Source: Sphaerodactylus townsendi
Taxonomy: Eukaryota
Length of the DNA: 64,000 bases
Assembly: GCF_021028975.2 (NCBI RefSeq)
Contig: NC_059426.1
Span: forward strand, 30,690,001-30,754,000
Reading direction: 5' to 3'
A program made the translations under genes and the position numbers. The stretch's first letter is position 1, and the number at the start of each line of letters is the position of its first letter. The notes beneath the pieces were generated by a model. It worked only from the letters and a program-made list of their open reading frames with translations. It was not told the origin of the DNA and made no database searches. Of the stretch, positions 26,607 through 40,264 are shown one piece after another.

Positions 26607-27402
26607 TGATGTTCCACCTACTAACCAGGGCTGACTTTGCTTAGCTTCTGATATCTGACAAACTGAGTTAGTCCAGCCCAGACAGATCAGAGCACTCACA
26701 TTATTTTTGTCATGCCTTAAATTATACAAGACTTTCTTGCCGATTCTGGTAAGATCATTCTAGATTGGTGGGAGTAATTTACTGATACCAAAGCTATTCA
26801 ATAGAAAACCCTGTACATTGAAACTGGATGTTACCTTTTAGTCAAGGTATCTATTATCAAGCCTTTGGTTAGAGATCAGAAGTAATTTCCCTGGAACGGC
26901 TGTGGTAACCAAGAATTGAACTGATCTAAAACCAGAATTTGGTAAATGTATGAGGTGTACTAAGTTACAAGATCCAATGTGTCTGCCTGTTAAGGTCTGA
27001 AATAGGTTTCCCAAAAATAAGGGGTCCACAAATACAAAAAAGCTATCAAATAAAATTACTCCTTGCTTTGGAATTAAATAAATTTCCTTATGAAATCAGC
27101 TTTTTAAGCTGATTCTCACATTTGGGATCACAAAGGATTTGGATACCTTGCCTAATGCAGCCTGTACTTTTATATGCATGCTTGAGTCACCTGGATTTTT
27201 AAATTATTATTATTAGCCTTACACTCAATTCAAGCTCAATCTTCTTGGTTACTTCTTCTCAGTGTAAAATAGGTGATATGCCTTTGGACATAGGCAGTGC
27301 TTCCTTAGTTAAGGGTTTAGGCAGAGGAGAAGAAGATGAACCTTTGCATCATTCCAGACTTGTATTATTTATTATACATCCTAATCTCATTGCCTGTATT
27401 AA

Positions 27403-27537
<135 letters not shown>

Positions 27538-27789
27538 TAAGCTTCTGACACCCTCATTTTTCCTCTGGTTTTCTTAAGGATGAGAAAGATGATGTTAGTG
27601 CTGGCTCATACTTCAGTAAAATAGCAAACAGATGTAACTAAAATGTCTTGGTGAAATCCATCAGTCCTACTGAGGTAGCCCTTCTTCCTTGGAATTCAAC
27701 CTTCTTAGATGAAGGCATAGATTGGATAGAAATTGTTCTTTGTGTCATGGATGGATTGGCCACTGTGGCCCCTGGGACTTTCTCTGGTG

Positions 27790-28037
27790 CAGGGGTCGGC
27801 AACCTTTACCACCCAAAGAGCCATTTGGACCCGTTTTCCACGGCCCCGAAGATCTACCGAGCCAGCGAGTGGAGCTGCCTCCGGTTCGGCCCCTCCACTC
27901 ACCTTTCCTTCCAGCACTGCTCTGGAGGGCTGGAGGGACATGCCCACGCTACCCTCTGACCTCCAGGCCATGCGGAGCCACAGTATAAGGCTGAAAGAGC
28001 AGCATGCGGCTCCAGAGCCATGGGTTGCAGACCCCTG
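27790..28037. mobile_element. hAT (Charlie-type) MITE
   Basis: TIR caggggtc / gacccctg; TSD ctctggtg; shares subterminal sequence with 57807-58223. Confidence 0.88.
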
Positions 28038-29158
28038 CTCTGGTGGTTCATGGCCAGCCCCGTGGTGAGAAGGGTGGTTCATGGTGGGTAATGGTGAGTG
28101 GACTTGGCTGGATAGACAATATGATTCTTTTCTGCTCCTTACTTTGGGGAATTGGGGATAGGACCCTTTTCTGGGGCTGTTTTTTTGTCTCTGTTTGCCC
28201 CTAATGTGCATCTGAATGTGTGCTCAAGTGAAAATCAACTTCTCTGTTGTGCGTGGAATACAATGTGCGTTCTATGTGCGTCACCGCACACATTCTTCTG
28301 TAATTGCCCGGGTTAACTGCTTGTTTATATAAGACTAAAGCTGTTTGACGCCTGGGATCATAAGGCCTAGGGGGATAAATTACTATCACTCTAAGCTTTC
28401 ACGCACTTTGTGTAGCAACACACAGGAGAATATTAGTGAGAACATGGCAGCAATGGCCCTTCAATTATTTACTGTGCATCCGCAAACTTTTTTTTGAGTT
28501 GTTTCGCTGATACCAAGTAATTGCAGTGTTAGCATTTGCCTAAGCTCCTTTATTTTTGCTTCAGTGACAAAATGTTAGGCCTTGCTCACCATGTGTGCTG
28601 GAGAAGGAGATTGTAGAATGTCGAAGTTGTGGAATTGAATGCAGGAGATTGATTCCAACTTTGAGTATTCCTTCACATAAAAACTCCATACAAATAGAAA
28701 AGCTGGAAAGTTGGGAAACTGTACAGTTCATTCTGCCATCTTATTCCCACCTTCCTCTTGCATATAAAATTTGGGCTTTAGTTAAATTATTGAAAAGACA
28801 CATGGGAAGCTGAGGCTAGTTAACTCACTTGTTAAGAATATAAGAAAGAGCCTGCTGGATCAGACCCGAGTCCATCTAGTCCAGCTCTTCAACTCGCAGT
28901 GGCCCACCAGATGCCTTTGGGAGCTCACATGCAGGATGTGAAAGCAATGGCCTTCTGCTGCTGCTGCTCCTGAGCACCTGGTCTGCTAAATTTACATTTT
29001 AAATGTTAATTAACAGAGACATAAGGTGGCCAGCCTTGAAAAGAAAAAGCCCTTTTGATCAGTTTAACGTAACTCGTTTTTTGACAGAAAAGGTCATCAA
29101 AATGTTATCTAACCTAGTATGAAGTATCATATATCTTTTTTAGGTTTAGATCAGCTAG

Positions 29159-29497
<339 letters not shown>

Positions 29498-29828
29498 TAA
29501 TCTGAGAACTTTGTCTGCCTAAACTCATCCACCCAAATGCATATCTAATCTTGCTTCTGGACAAGGTCATGTGATTAAAGCAATGATTCTCAAGCTGAGG
29601 ATTGTGACTGTCTTACTGCTAGGTTGTGAGGCCTAGGAGGAAGACAAATAGGGTAAGCTGGGAGAGGAGTCTCTGGGAGGCTAATGGCAGGTTTCGGTTT
29701 GCTTCTGCATGTGTGAAACAGCCACAAAATATAGCTTCTTGCCCAGTGATGCTTTTTTGTATGTGTACATGCGTAAGAGGGGACTCCTTTCCTTCCATTT
29801 TCTCTACAAGGAAATCTGTCTGGCTCTG

Positions 29829-30126
29829 GAGCAGCAGTGGCACAGTGGTTAAGAGCAGGTGCACTCTGATCTAAGGGACCAGGTTTGATTCCCAGCTCTG
29901 CCGCTTGAGCTGTGGAGGCTTATCTGGGGAATTCAGATTAGCCTGTATACTCCCACACACACCAGCTGGGTGACCTTGCTAGTCACAGCTCTACGGAGCT
30001 CTCTCAGCCCCACCTACCTCACAGGGTATTTGTTGTGAGGGGAAAGGGCAAGAAGATGGTAAGCCCCTTTGAGTCTCCTACAGGAGAGAAAGGGGGGATA
30101 TAAATCCAACTTCTCCTCCTCCTCCT
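29829..30126 (+). mobile_element. tRNA-derived SINE (Squam3-like)
   Basis: Same family. Confidence 0.82.
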
Positions 30127-30132
30127 TCCCCC

Positions 30133-30290
30133 CAATGGTTCCCAACCATGCGTACCCCCAGGGGTATGCACCAGAGTATCCAGGGGTACAGGATACAAAT
30201 TACATAATGGATTTGCTAATATGGAGGTATGCTTTTAGGGAAAGAGGTTGTCAAGGGGTACATGGGTGAAAAAAGATTTGGGAGCCACTG
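30133..30290. mobile_element. hAT MITE
   Basis: caatggttcccaa / ttgggagccactg termini with ggggtac subterminal motifs. Confidence 0.6.
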
Positions 30291-30426
30291 CTCTAACCCA
30301 TGACTCCCCTCTTCCAGCCAGATTTCAAATCATGTTCTCCTCTCATGCTAATGAGACCAAAAGCAACACAATTTTTAAAAACAAATATGTGGTTATAGTT
30401 GAATAAGTCAGAAGGTTCCAACTTAA

Positions 30427-30585
<159 letters not shown>

Positions 30586-30782
30586 TAAAGATACTGCCTT
30601 CAAACACAATGCAGCTAAAACAGTCTATAAATTTTGGCAGTATTGCTTTTAGTGATACTGAGATTAACGTTGGGGGCCAAACCAGACAGAAGCTGCATAG
30701 ATTTAGGCATTGTGTCAGTATGAATTTTGCCTTTTGTCCGCTACTAAGACTACTAAATACCTCAAACTTTTTCAATTCTCAG

Positions 30783-30834
30783 CATATTCAGAAGAAAGCA
30801 GATGACTGGAAAGTGAAGATGGAAGTTTTAGCAG
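30783..30834 (+). CDS. METTL5: METTL5 coding exon 5
   Basis: HIQKKADDWKVKMEVLA; ttctcAG acceptor, GTAGAA donor. Confidence 0.95.
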
Positions 30835-32085
30835 GTAGAAACCACCTATTTCCAAACAGCCTTCAGGCATAGGATGTCATTCTGCAAACTTCTTATACAT
30901 AAACCCTCCGTAAGCCACTCTGCAGTCCTTTGGGGAAAGCAGAATATAATTTGTGTGCGTTTAAGTTAAGTAGAACACTGGTTCTATGCAGGCTACCCTG
31001 CAGACCTTGCTTCAGTTTAACACTAGGCTATCCCATAGCAAATATTTCTCTCTAGTCATCCCGGGAGTCTTTTAAAACTTGGAAGGCAAAGCTGTTTTTA
31101 AAGTCATTTTTGCAGCAGTTACATAGAAAGCTTGATTTTATATCAGCCACAAGTTTAAAATATACGCTTTGTAAAAGCTCATCTAGTTGAATTACCACTG
31201 TTCAGTTCAGTTAAGAAATGTTACAAATAAGGTGCAGATCAGGCATTTATTCCTCAACAACCCAATCTTGAGTGTATTCTTCCTTATTGCATAGGACACA
31301 GGGTGAAGCATCCCTAATTTTGGAATTCCTAAATCTAACATGAATTGGTTGTCTGAATTGCACCATCTGTATTTTTTTTTATTGCCAATATACCAGGAAT
31401 TCTAATCCTGGTGTAGATTCTGGTGTTGTCGATAAGAAGGAAAGAGAATTGGTTAAAAGGCTCAAATTTTGCATTTGAATCTAACCTAACTGTTCCTAAA
31501 CTAAGAAATCTGGCTTTGCAATGAAAGGGAAAGGAGTCAGGATATGCATGCCCCGAAGCGAGCCCAGCTTATGCCAGAACAAACAGGAGGCTGTGCATGA
31601 TGTCTGAATATTTGGGTAGGACCTGAAGTTTGTTTTCTGCTTGCAGAAGGGAGGGCAGTTGTTGCACATGGCCCCTTTCATAATAGACTTCTCCACGATA
31701 CCCATGTTGCTCCTGAGGGTCCCCTGGTGCATTCTCCTCCAACAGTCACAACCACAAAAACCTTGCATTTTGGGTGATGCAATGGGCTGTAGTGGGGAGA
31801 GGGATAACAGAATTTTGGAGACTTACCATGAGGGTTCTTTCTGCTCTGAGGTAAGGAGGGCATCTTGGAAGCTTGGTTGTTTCCCACTGACTGCTCAGGG
31901 AGGCAGCACTAAAACTTTCCACTTCCCATCCTCCAGGTAGAAACGTACAGTTCAGTTTTATTCCTGCCTCGCCCAGGAAGAGCAGCTCAGATAGTCCTCT
32001 GCAGCAGCTGAATTTTCCTTTCCTCCTTTCTCTTTCCGAACCCATTTTCTAACAGTTTGTGGAATTCACATTTGTTTTTCGTTAG

Positions 32086-32135
32086 AACTACGATACGACC
32101 TACCGGCATCATACAAATTCCATAAGAAGAAATCG
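32086..32135 (+). CDS. METTL5: METTL5 coding exon 6
   Basis: ELRYDLPASYKFHKKKS; gttAG acceptor, GTAAGT donor. Confidence 0.96.
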
Positions 32136-34404
32136 GTAAGTTGCTTTCATGCAGTATCAGGTAGACAACTGCTAAGCTAAATGTTTGTTTGCCCCATGAG
32201 AACTTCTTGATCAGGGCTTTCTACAATTGTTCAAACATTAAACTTCCTACCAAGAATGCAAAGCACCTTGGGTATATCTTCAGAAGTTCATGTATGAAGG
32301 TAGTGATCTGCCACTTAGAAAGGCTGTTCAATTTCTTGAGAATGAGGGGGCCAGATTTACCATGGCCAAGATGTTGGGGGGGGGGGGGGGGGGTTGGGTT
32401 GATGATAGCATTTCTCCCTCATGGAAGCCAGAAGTGATCCTTATCTTGCCACTCCCTTTTTATAATTTGAAATGAGAAATCCTCCTCTGCTAATATGAAA
32501 TATGAGGCAGTTTGAAAGCACTTAAAGATACTCTTAGCACTACATTTAGCCAAATTGAAGGCAACTAGTGCTGATGTGGGTGAAATGGACATGAAAGATA
32601 ATGCACTACACACTACTGTGTAGACTAATGGGACAGACTGTCCCCTGTCCAAAAAGGCTTCTACTGCCTCTGTTCCTACAGACAAATTCAAAACTGAAGA
32701 AGAGCAATCCATGTGTGTGTGTGTGGGGGGGGGGGAATTGGTGTTTGGAGCAGGCAAAGTTTGCCAGCCCGGTGGTGTAAGAGGCACTTATGTCAGTGGG
32801 GAGGGGGGCAAACTGGGAGGCAGGTGGGTGCCGTGGAGCTCAGCAGTGCCTGACTTAGAAATGCCTGCTACCTGAAGAGCCGCACTGGCCTGAAGTTGGA
32901 CCCTGGTAAGCTGTGAGCAGAGTAGGGGCATTCCCGGGGTGGAGCTGACTTTCAGCCTGGGAACTCCCCCAGCATAGCCATCGGACTTTCACTACCCAAA
33001 TGTTGAGTCCATTTTGGGCAATAGAGGGATTTCTGTTTCTCTGCATTGTCTGGCAGCCCTCTGGATGCTGTGATGTTGTCCCCAACATCTGGATTGGGCT
33101 GTAGGAAAGGTCTGGCTGTAATCTGCACTAGAGTAGTGCGTATGTAGAAAAGCTGAATTATGTACAGAAGTGGCTTGTTTTACACACCAATAAATATGAG
33201 TATGCACAACTATGCCTACCACTGAAACTTTCTGCTTAACCATGGAAATGTCTAGTTGCTTTTCCTTGACCATATGATCGTCCATTATGATGCTACCTAC
33301 CCTCTCTTACAAGTTCTCCCACACATTGAATAAAAATCTGGGGTGCTGCTGCTGGTGGAATCTATAAGTCTTATTCTCACAAGTGGATTAGTTCAAGTGA
33401 GATACATGGTTGAGGGGGGATTTAAACACAGGAATTACTGACTGGAGTCCAGCAACTATCCCAGCTGTGGTCTTCAACTGACACCAGAAGATAGAGGGAA
33501 AGGAAGAGATGACAGATGGGCATGACAGAACTTTAAAATGGGTCTTACTTTGTACATTCAAGTTAAAAGTAGGGCCCAGTTCTCGAAGTGTCAGCAGCAC
33601 AGTGGCCTCATTCTCCTAAAAGGCCTGTCCTTGTGTAGGTACATCTAGGAATTATAACAAAATTGCTAATTTGAAACCACCTGCCAGTAGTTGCTGCTGG
33701 GCTTCACCCAGATGTATCATCCCCTCCAAGGCCAAAAACAGGCCTGGAAATGATCCTGTTCCCCCCTCCCATCTTATTAATGGAAACCAAGGCTTGAAGG
33801 CTGGTAATATTGTTGAGGTTGCCTAACAACCACCCCAAAGGCCACTGCAGAAGGCATTTGCTTACTAAAGATACAGACACTTCTTGTATTACTGAGTGGG
33901 CACTAGCCCCATCATTTTTAAAAAAAAGATTTCATTTTTTTCTGGAAACCTGGGGCTTTCTCAGGTTTGAAGAAATATCTGTCTTGTCTGTTTATGGCTC
34001 CAGTCTCCAGATTTAAGTATCCACAAATGGGGCCACAGTGAGAATTGGGTGTATTGATGATGCCAAATACTTCCTGTAATTGTGGTACAAAGATGGAAGA
34101 TGAAGTGAACACCAGAAAACTATTCAAAACATTGAGAGAATGTGGTAGCATTATAGTTAGATTAGTGATAAACCCCTTAACCCAATAACTCATTGCATTC
34201 TGACACTTGAAATGCTGCAGTTTATTTGGTATATGCAAGTTATACACCTTTTGTACACAGTTTTACACAGCTGCTTAAACTTTCCCCTTCAGTTTCTGAC
34301 TGTATAACACTATAAATATAAAAACCGCCTGATAAAATATGCCTCCAGAAGGGGAGAGGGGATCTAAATTGAAGCAGCTTTTTTTTTCTCTTTCCCCTCT
34401 GCAG

Positions 34405-34470
34405 GTGGACATCGAAGTAGATTTCATTAGGTTCTCTAGTGAAAAGAAGACAAATGAAGGAATGACTTAA
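34405..34470 (+). CDS. METTL5: METTL5 terminal coding exon 7
   Basis: VDIEVDFIRFSSEKKTNEGMT*; strong polypyrimidine tract and gcAG. Confidence 0.95.
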   Translation: MDIEVDFIRFSSEKKTNEGMT

Positions 34471-34486
34471 AACGTCTGAAAAGCAG

Positions 34487-34492
34487 AATAAA
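34487..34492 (+). terminator. Probable METTL5 polyadenylation signal AATAAA
   Basis: First AATAAA, 16 nt after the stop codon. Confidence 0.6.
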
Positions 34493-34518
34493 GATTCAAT
34501 GCTTTTTTAAAAAAACTG

Positions 34519-34619
34519 TTACTTCTGATTTCCAGCATTGTTTTCTGTCTTCATCTGTTTTGGGGTAGATCCCTCTTTCTCTGCATCTTCTAACGGCCTT
34601 TTTTTGGCACTTGCTGCCC
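34519..34619 (-). CDS. SSB: SSB (La protein) terminal coding exon
   Basis: AASAKKRPLEDAEKEGSTPKQMKTENNAGNQK*, La C-terminal bipartite NLS-like segment; ttacAG acceptor. Confidence 0.92.
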
Positions 34620-35260
34620 CTGTAACATTTGAGATCCGTCAGTGGTGTGATTCACAGCAGTTCAACTTGCATTCAAAGCAATGAAAATGAAGCCAGTAAT
34701 ACTGATACACACAGAACTAGTAGTTTTGCTCTACGTTTTTGTAAACAAGCACAAATGGTTTTGCTAAAATGTGGGCAGAATGGATGTTACTTGAATTCAC
34801 AAAGGATTTTTCTATGATTTATTTAAAACCTATCTTTGCCACTGTTCCACCCAAATAAGGCCCCGCAGAGTGGAAACATGAAAACGTTTCAATATTAAAA
34901 AATTTACACACACATACGGGGGACTTTATTTGGGTAGAACAGTGGCAGAGATAATGTTTCCAGAATTTAATGTAGGGGTTTCCTAAGCAGAAAATAGTAT
35001 CCCAGTTGCACACTGAAAGGGAAGAAGCATTTAAGGATCTCATTTTGCACAACGCTTTCCTGTGCTATAAGACAAGGCAAGGAGCCTTGGATCTTAGAGG
35101 AGGACAATATGGTATAGTAATAGTTCCTTCTTCCGCAAACTGGATTGAACTGCAACATTCCTCCATCCTGCCTGATCTGGGATTCTTTGCCTTTATGTAG
35201 GAGGGAATAAGAGGGAGTTGGACAGCAGCACTACTCACTACCACGGGTGAGGTTCTACAC

Positions 35261-35406
35261 CCGTGGTGGCAAACCTTTGGCACTCCAAATGTTTTGGACT
35301 ACAATTCCCATCAGCCCCTGCCAGCAAGGCCAATTGGCCATGCTGGCAGGGGCTGATGGGAATTGTAGTCCACAACATCTGGAGTGCCAAAGGTTCGCCA
35401 CCACTG
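35261..35406. mobile_element. Palindromic hAT MITE (GACTACAATTCCCA family)
   Basis: Near-perfect fold-back; TSD ttctacac. Confidence 0.88.
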
Positions 35407-36174
35407 TTCTACACCATCTGATGAGTAGTTCTGGCTCAGCAATTCCTTCTTCCTCCAAAACACTCTTTATAAAATATTATTCAAAATTAAGGTGTAGATC
35501 ACAGGCCGGACAGCTTTGCTCATGTTGCAAACTTCTTGTTTTCCCCCTCCTGCTGCAGCTCATCCCCCACTCCTCTCAAACCAAGTCAGAGTCAGAAGTT
35601 ACAGGAAAAATTGGCAAAAATTATTCCTCTTCTTCTAAAAACAGAAGTAGGCATAGCATGAAGGAGTAAATGAGGTTAGCAGTCAAACCTAAGAGTTTTA
35701 AAACTGTCCTTTCATAGTTTGCCTATCAAGACACTTGCGGTATCAAGCTGATTTTGAACAGCTACTGCTAAGGTAGAGATTTTATTAGGACTTCTGGGCA
35801 AAATAACTCTCCATGTTTATTGTCTTTACTCAGGGAGGTATAGGGAGGTGGGTCCCTTCTGCTACCTTCTTGGTAATCCTGTGAAGGTTGGGCAAAGATA
35901 TTATGACTTGTCCAAGGTCATCCAGTAAATGGAGGAATAATTTAAATCAGGTCGTCTGGTTAAAGTCCATGACTCTAGTTCCTTCATCACACTGGCTCTT
36001 GTTACACAATCCTCCCCACTCGTACAGATTTGTTACTTATCCTTCATGTTTCTGTATCAGAAAACATTGTTCAGATTTGGAGAATTCAAACACAAGTAGG
36101 AGAAGAAACAGCAGTCATTTGGGTGCGACTGACGTTTATAAAAGCAGACGTTTATAAAACAGGAGATGGCTTAC

Positions 36175-36297
36175 CGTTGTTTTCACCCGCCTCATCATCG
36201 TCACCCGCCTCATCATCAAATTTTGTCTTCTTGCCAAGGAATTTTACTTTTCTGTTCTGTGCACCTCGGCCTCCTCTGCCATCTTTTCCTTTACAAC
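36175..36297 (-). CDS. SSB: SSB coding exon 10 (short basic motif and acidic region)
   Basis: CKGKDGRGGRGAQNRKVKFLGKKTKFDDEAGDDDEAGENN; gcAG acceptor, GTAAGC donor. Confidence 0.92.
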
Positions 36298-36825
36298 CTG
36301 CAAGGGCAGATATGCACAAGGACACATGTTTCAGCCCACGGATTACTGCAGCCTCCCTTAATTTGGGGGAGGGCCCCATGGCTACGTGCCCAGACATGTG
36401 AGTCATGATAAATCAGACACCAAAGACAGAATTTCTGTGTCCCAGCCCAAAATACTGCATCAGCTTGCACATTCATCGGGAAATAGTCAAAGTCATGAGA
36501 AACTAAAGCAGGTGTATGAACCAGCCTGAAGATCCCAGCTACCATTTCTATCCCTCTCTCACCTTCACAGCCCCAATATAATGTTAAATACAGTCAGAAT
36601 AATGCACTTTTAGTAGGCTGTCCAGCACTGACTTTTCCCTCCCTGCCCTTTCCTCATGAAGGCTACAGCTTCTGGCCATACTCAATGGATTTTGGTCCTT
36701 CTAGACTTCTTTCTACGGCCCACTGAATATTGAGCTAAGGCACTGTCTCTTAGCAGTGCTATTCAGGGGATGTAGAGATTCCCTGCAGTCGTCATGTTCA
36801 CTGATGGATCTGCTATTTACAACCA

Positions 36826-37075
36826 TAAGAATGTAAGAAAGAGCCTGCGGGATCAGACCAGAGTCCATCTAGTCCAGAACTCTGCTACTCGCAGTGGCCC
36901 ACCAGATGCCTTTGGGAGCTCACATGCAGGATGTGAAAGCAATGGCTTGCTGCTGCTGCTGCTCCCGAGCACCTGGTCTGCTAAGGCATTTGCAGTCTCA
37001 GATCAAAGAGGATCAAGATTGGTAGCCATAGATCGACTTCTCCTCCATAAATCTGTTCAAGCCCCTTTTAAAGGT
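36826..37075 (-). mobile_element. CR1-type LINE 3' end; sister copy at about 28835-28988
   Basis: taagaaagagcctg..ggatcagacc.gagtccatctagtccag, nearly identical in both places. Confidence 0.7.
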
Positions 37076-37385
37076 AAGCCCCTTTTAAAGCTACCATCTT
37101 AGCCCATCCCCACCCCCCTTAAAGATACCTATGCTCATGGCCATTATGACATCTACTAGAAGTGAATCACCTCCCTTCAATCACTTGTTGCGGTGCTTCC
37201 TTTCATCAGGCCTGAATCTACTGCCCATCCACACTGTCTGAGGGTCACGCCCTAGTAATACAAATAGGCCTGCCTGGAGCAAAACCATAGTGGTGCCCAT
37301 TCCTTGCCCCCAACACCTTGTTGACAGTGTAAGATCCAGGTTCTAAGGCAGACAAGGTCAACAGGCAAAGGAGGGAAGACGTCAC

Positions 37386-37569
37386 CTCTTTCTTTCTTGT
37401 TTAACACTTTCTGCTGTTCATGTATGATTTTCTCCAAGGCTTCTTTTGCCACCTCTCCTTCAAGCACCTCCCAAGCGACATCTCTGTCCCGCAGCTGCAG
37501 ATCCCCGCTATTGGCTTCTTGGGCTTGACTTAGGGCTTTCTGGGCACTGCTCTTGAACAGGATAATTCC
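37386..37569 (-). CDS. SSB: SSB coding exon 9 (RRM2 C-terminal part)
   Basis: [61 protein letters not shown]. Confidence 0.95.
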
Positions 37570-37756
37570 CTGAGCAAAAAGAGATAACAAGTCTGAATCC
37601 ACCAGCCAAAGATGTCCTAATTCACTTTCATCCCATTCATTCTGTAATATTCCATTTCTGATAAGGAACAAACACGCCCAAGTGTCTTCCCCAGTTCATT
37701 GTGGCTCTCCTCAGATTTGGCAGTCTGACGCCATGGCTTCAGCAGTGCTTGTTAAG

Positions 37757-37907
37757 GGCCCCTTCGGCACATGCAGAATAATGCACTTTCAATCCACTTG
37801 CACAATAGTTTGCAAGTGGATTTTGCTATCCCGCACAGTAAAATCCAGCTGCAAAAAGCACTGAAAGTGGATTGGAAGTGCATTATTTTGCACATGCAGG
37901 AGGGGCC
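37757..37907. mobile_element. Short PIF/Harbinger-like MITE
   Basis: Same family; TSD AAG. Confidence 0.8.
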
Positions 37908-39305
37908 AAGAACTGTCAAGGAGCCACACTGTATGTGGCAGTGAAGACAATGCGGGTCCAAGTGGTGGTCATTCTGGGGGCACGCCAGATGACAACCTGT
38001 GCTGTTTTGACCATCTTGTATTGGCTCTATAGCAGGAAATCTGCTTGGCATGCAGAAGGTGTAAGGTTCAAGCACTGGCATCTTCAGCTAAAAGGACTGA
38101 GAAGCAGCGGATGGAAAGATCTCCCTCTGAGACCTTGGAAAGCTTTTGCCAGTCTGACAAGACTGACTTTGATGGGTCAGCAGTCCAATTCAATGTAGGG
38201 CATCTTCATGTGTTCAAGAGAAGGGGGCGCTGCCTGAAGGAAGTGGCACCTCATTCTTTCTCCTTTAGTGCTAGTTAGAGAAGGGACTTGACTACTGTAA
38301 TCAATTATATTCTCTCAGAAAAAAAGATGTTAGTATGGTCAGTTGAGGTGCAGCGATCGAGAAAACTGTATGCTTCCATATTAGAATGTAGTTCTGGACA
38401 AATATGAGAATTATCTTTCATTTTTATGTGTTGCCTTTGTCAAAACCATTACTTTGTGCATTGTTGAACATGGTACTTTGATTCAAGAACATTTATAAAC
38501 TGAATGCCAAAATGAATTTTTGCTTGCAAACATATGAGAGGGAGGGGGGCTAGGTAGGCACAGGGACCCAGGCGAAGCATTCTACAACAAAGAAGATCCG
38601 GCATGTTAAGTTCTGTGGCAGAAGAACATACAACTCTACTAATGTATTTTTCTGAGACAGACTATAGTATGGAAGCAGCTATCCATACTTCAGATTAGAC
38701 CCCATGGACTACCTGCTGCCACCTGGGCCCTCAAGAATCCGATGTTATCTATGTTCTGTGAAACATCACCTGTGCGGGGATTTTTAAGAGTTTTAACTTT
38801 CTAGTAAATTTTACCTCACACTGGGTTTGAAACTCTAATTGAGAACAAGGCAGAGTTCAATGAACAGTTTCACACGCCTTGGTGACCCCCCAGGCTGAAC
38901 TACTGCAATGCCCCGTAGGTGGGGTTAACCTTAAGCAATTCTCTGACTACCACTGGTCCAGGAAGAGGCTGCCCCATCTGCAGGCACAAACCACTGTGAT
39001 CATATTACTTCTGACTCTGATGTAGCAGAAAAGGTTGTGGAAGGATGTTGGTGGAGTAGCTCTTTTTCTCCAGCACCCTGCTGTGGGTCCCATAAAACGT
39101 TCTCTGAAGGACAGAAAAGCCTAGCAGACAAAATATACAACAGTACAAAACGCTTGCAGCAATGAGAGAATTGGGTTAAAAAATCATTGCCATCTTTCTT
39201 TTCTGCAGGATCTAAACCACTGGTGCTTCTACTTTGTTTCTGGGTTTGAGTTAAAGTTTTCATTTTAACCACTAGAGCTTTAATAGACAATCTTATATCG
39301 TCTTA

Positions 39306-39421
39306 GGCCCCTTCCGCACATGCAGAATGCACTTTCAATCCACTTTGCAACTGTGAAGAATAGCAAAATCAATTGTGAAAGTGGATTGAAAATAGATTAT
39401 TTGGCATGTGTGGAAGTGGCC
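39306..39421. mobile_element. Short PIF/Harbinger-like MITE
   Basis: Same family, internally deleted. Confidence 0.75.
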
Positions 39422-40264
39422 TAAGCAGAGGCATACTGGAAAAAAATGGCTCCTGGGGCAACCTTATTTTTGCACCCCCACTCCTTCTTATGGGCTTCGG
39501 ACATGTGTAGGCTCCTTGACCACAGTTTGATCATGTGCGGGGGTGATTTTGCCCCCCCCCCCCATGATTAAATGGGTGGCGCATGTGACCCTACATGTCC
39601 CTCTGGCAGGTAACATCCCTGAACCTAAGTCTGCTGGAATCAATGGGATTAGAATGGAGTCCCTCTACATGGGACTGCTCTCTAAATGATATAGGACCAG
39701 GATTTACGAGAGCCTACCTGACTTGAATCTAGCCCTTCTTAGCATAAATGCATGCAGAGCAATGGAAAACAGTTGTTCAGTGTCCCAAGAAGACACACAC
39801 TTTCTTGGTGGATGTACTGAGGCATCAATATGCCCTTCCCTGAGACCCATGTAATACCCACTTCAGTAGGCAAGGAAAGGGCATCTTCTTGCAAGAGGCT
39901 TTTTAACTTGAGCAAAAGGTAGGAAACTATGTCCCTATTGGCCAACCTCAGTTGTTTATGTGTTTCTGTTCATCTCTTTTCTTCCACTGATGGCTTTAAT
40001 GGGTTTTCCCATGATGGGGCACTTCTGTGTAGAATTACTCTAGTGTGAGCTCATTAAATTCGGCAATCTTCATCTGGAATAACTGCACACATTTCCATTG
40101 CGAGTGTGCAACTGACAAGCAGGCTATGTATTTTTAAACAACAGTCCAAGGTTTTCACTGGGAGGCCACAAGGACATTTCTTTAAGCCCTGTGTATTGCA
40201 ATTGACTTGCTAAGGGAAAAAACCCCCAAACAATTTGTCTGTGAATTGCTAACACTTTTAGAGA

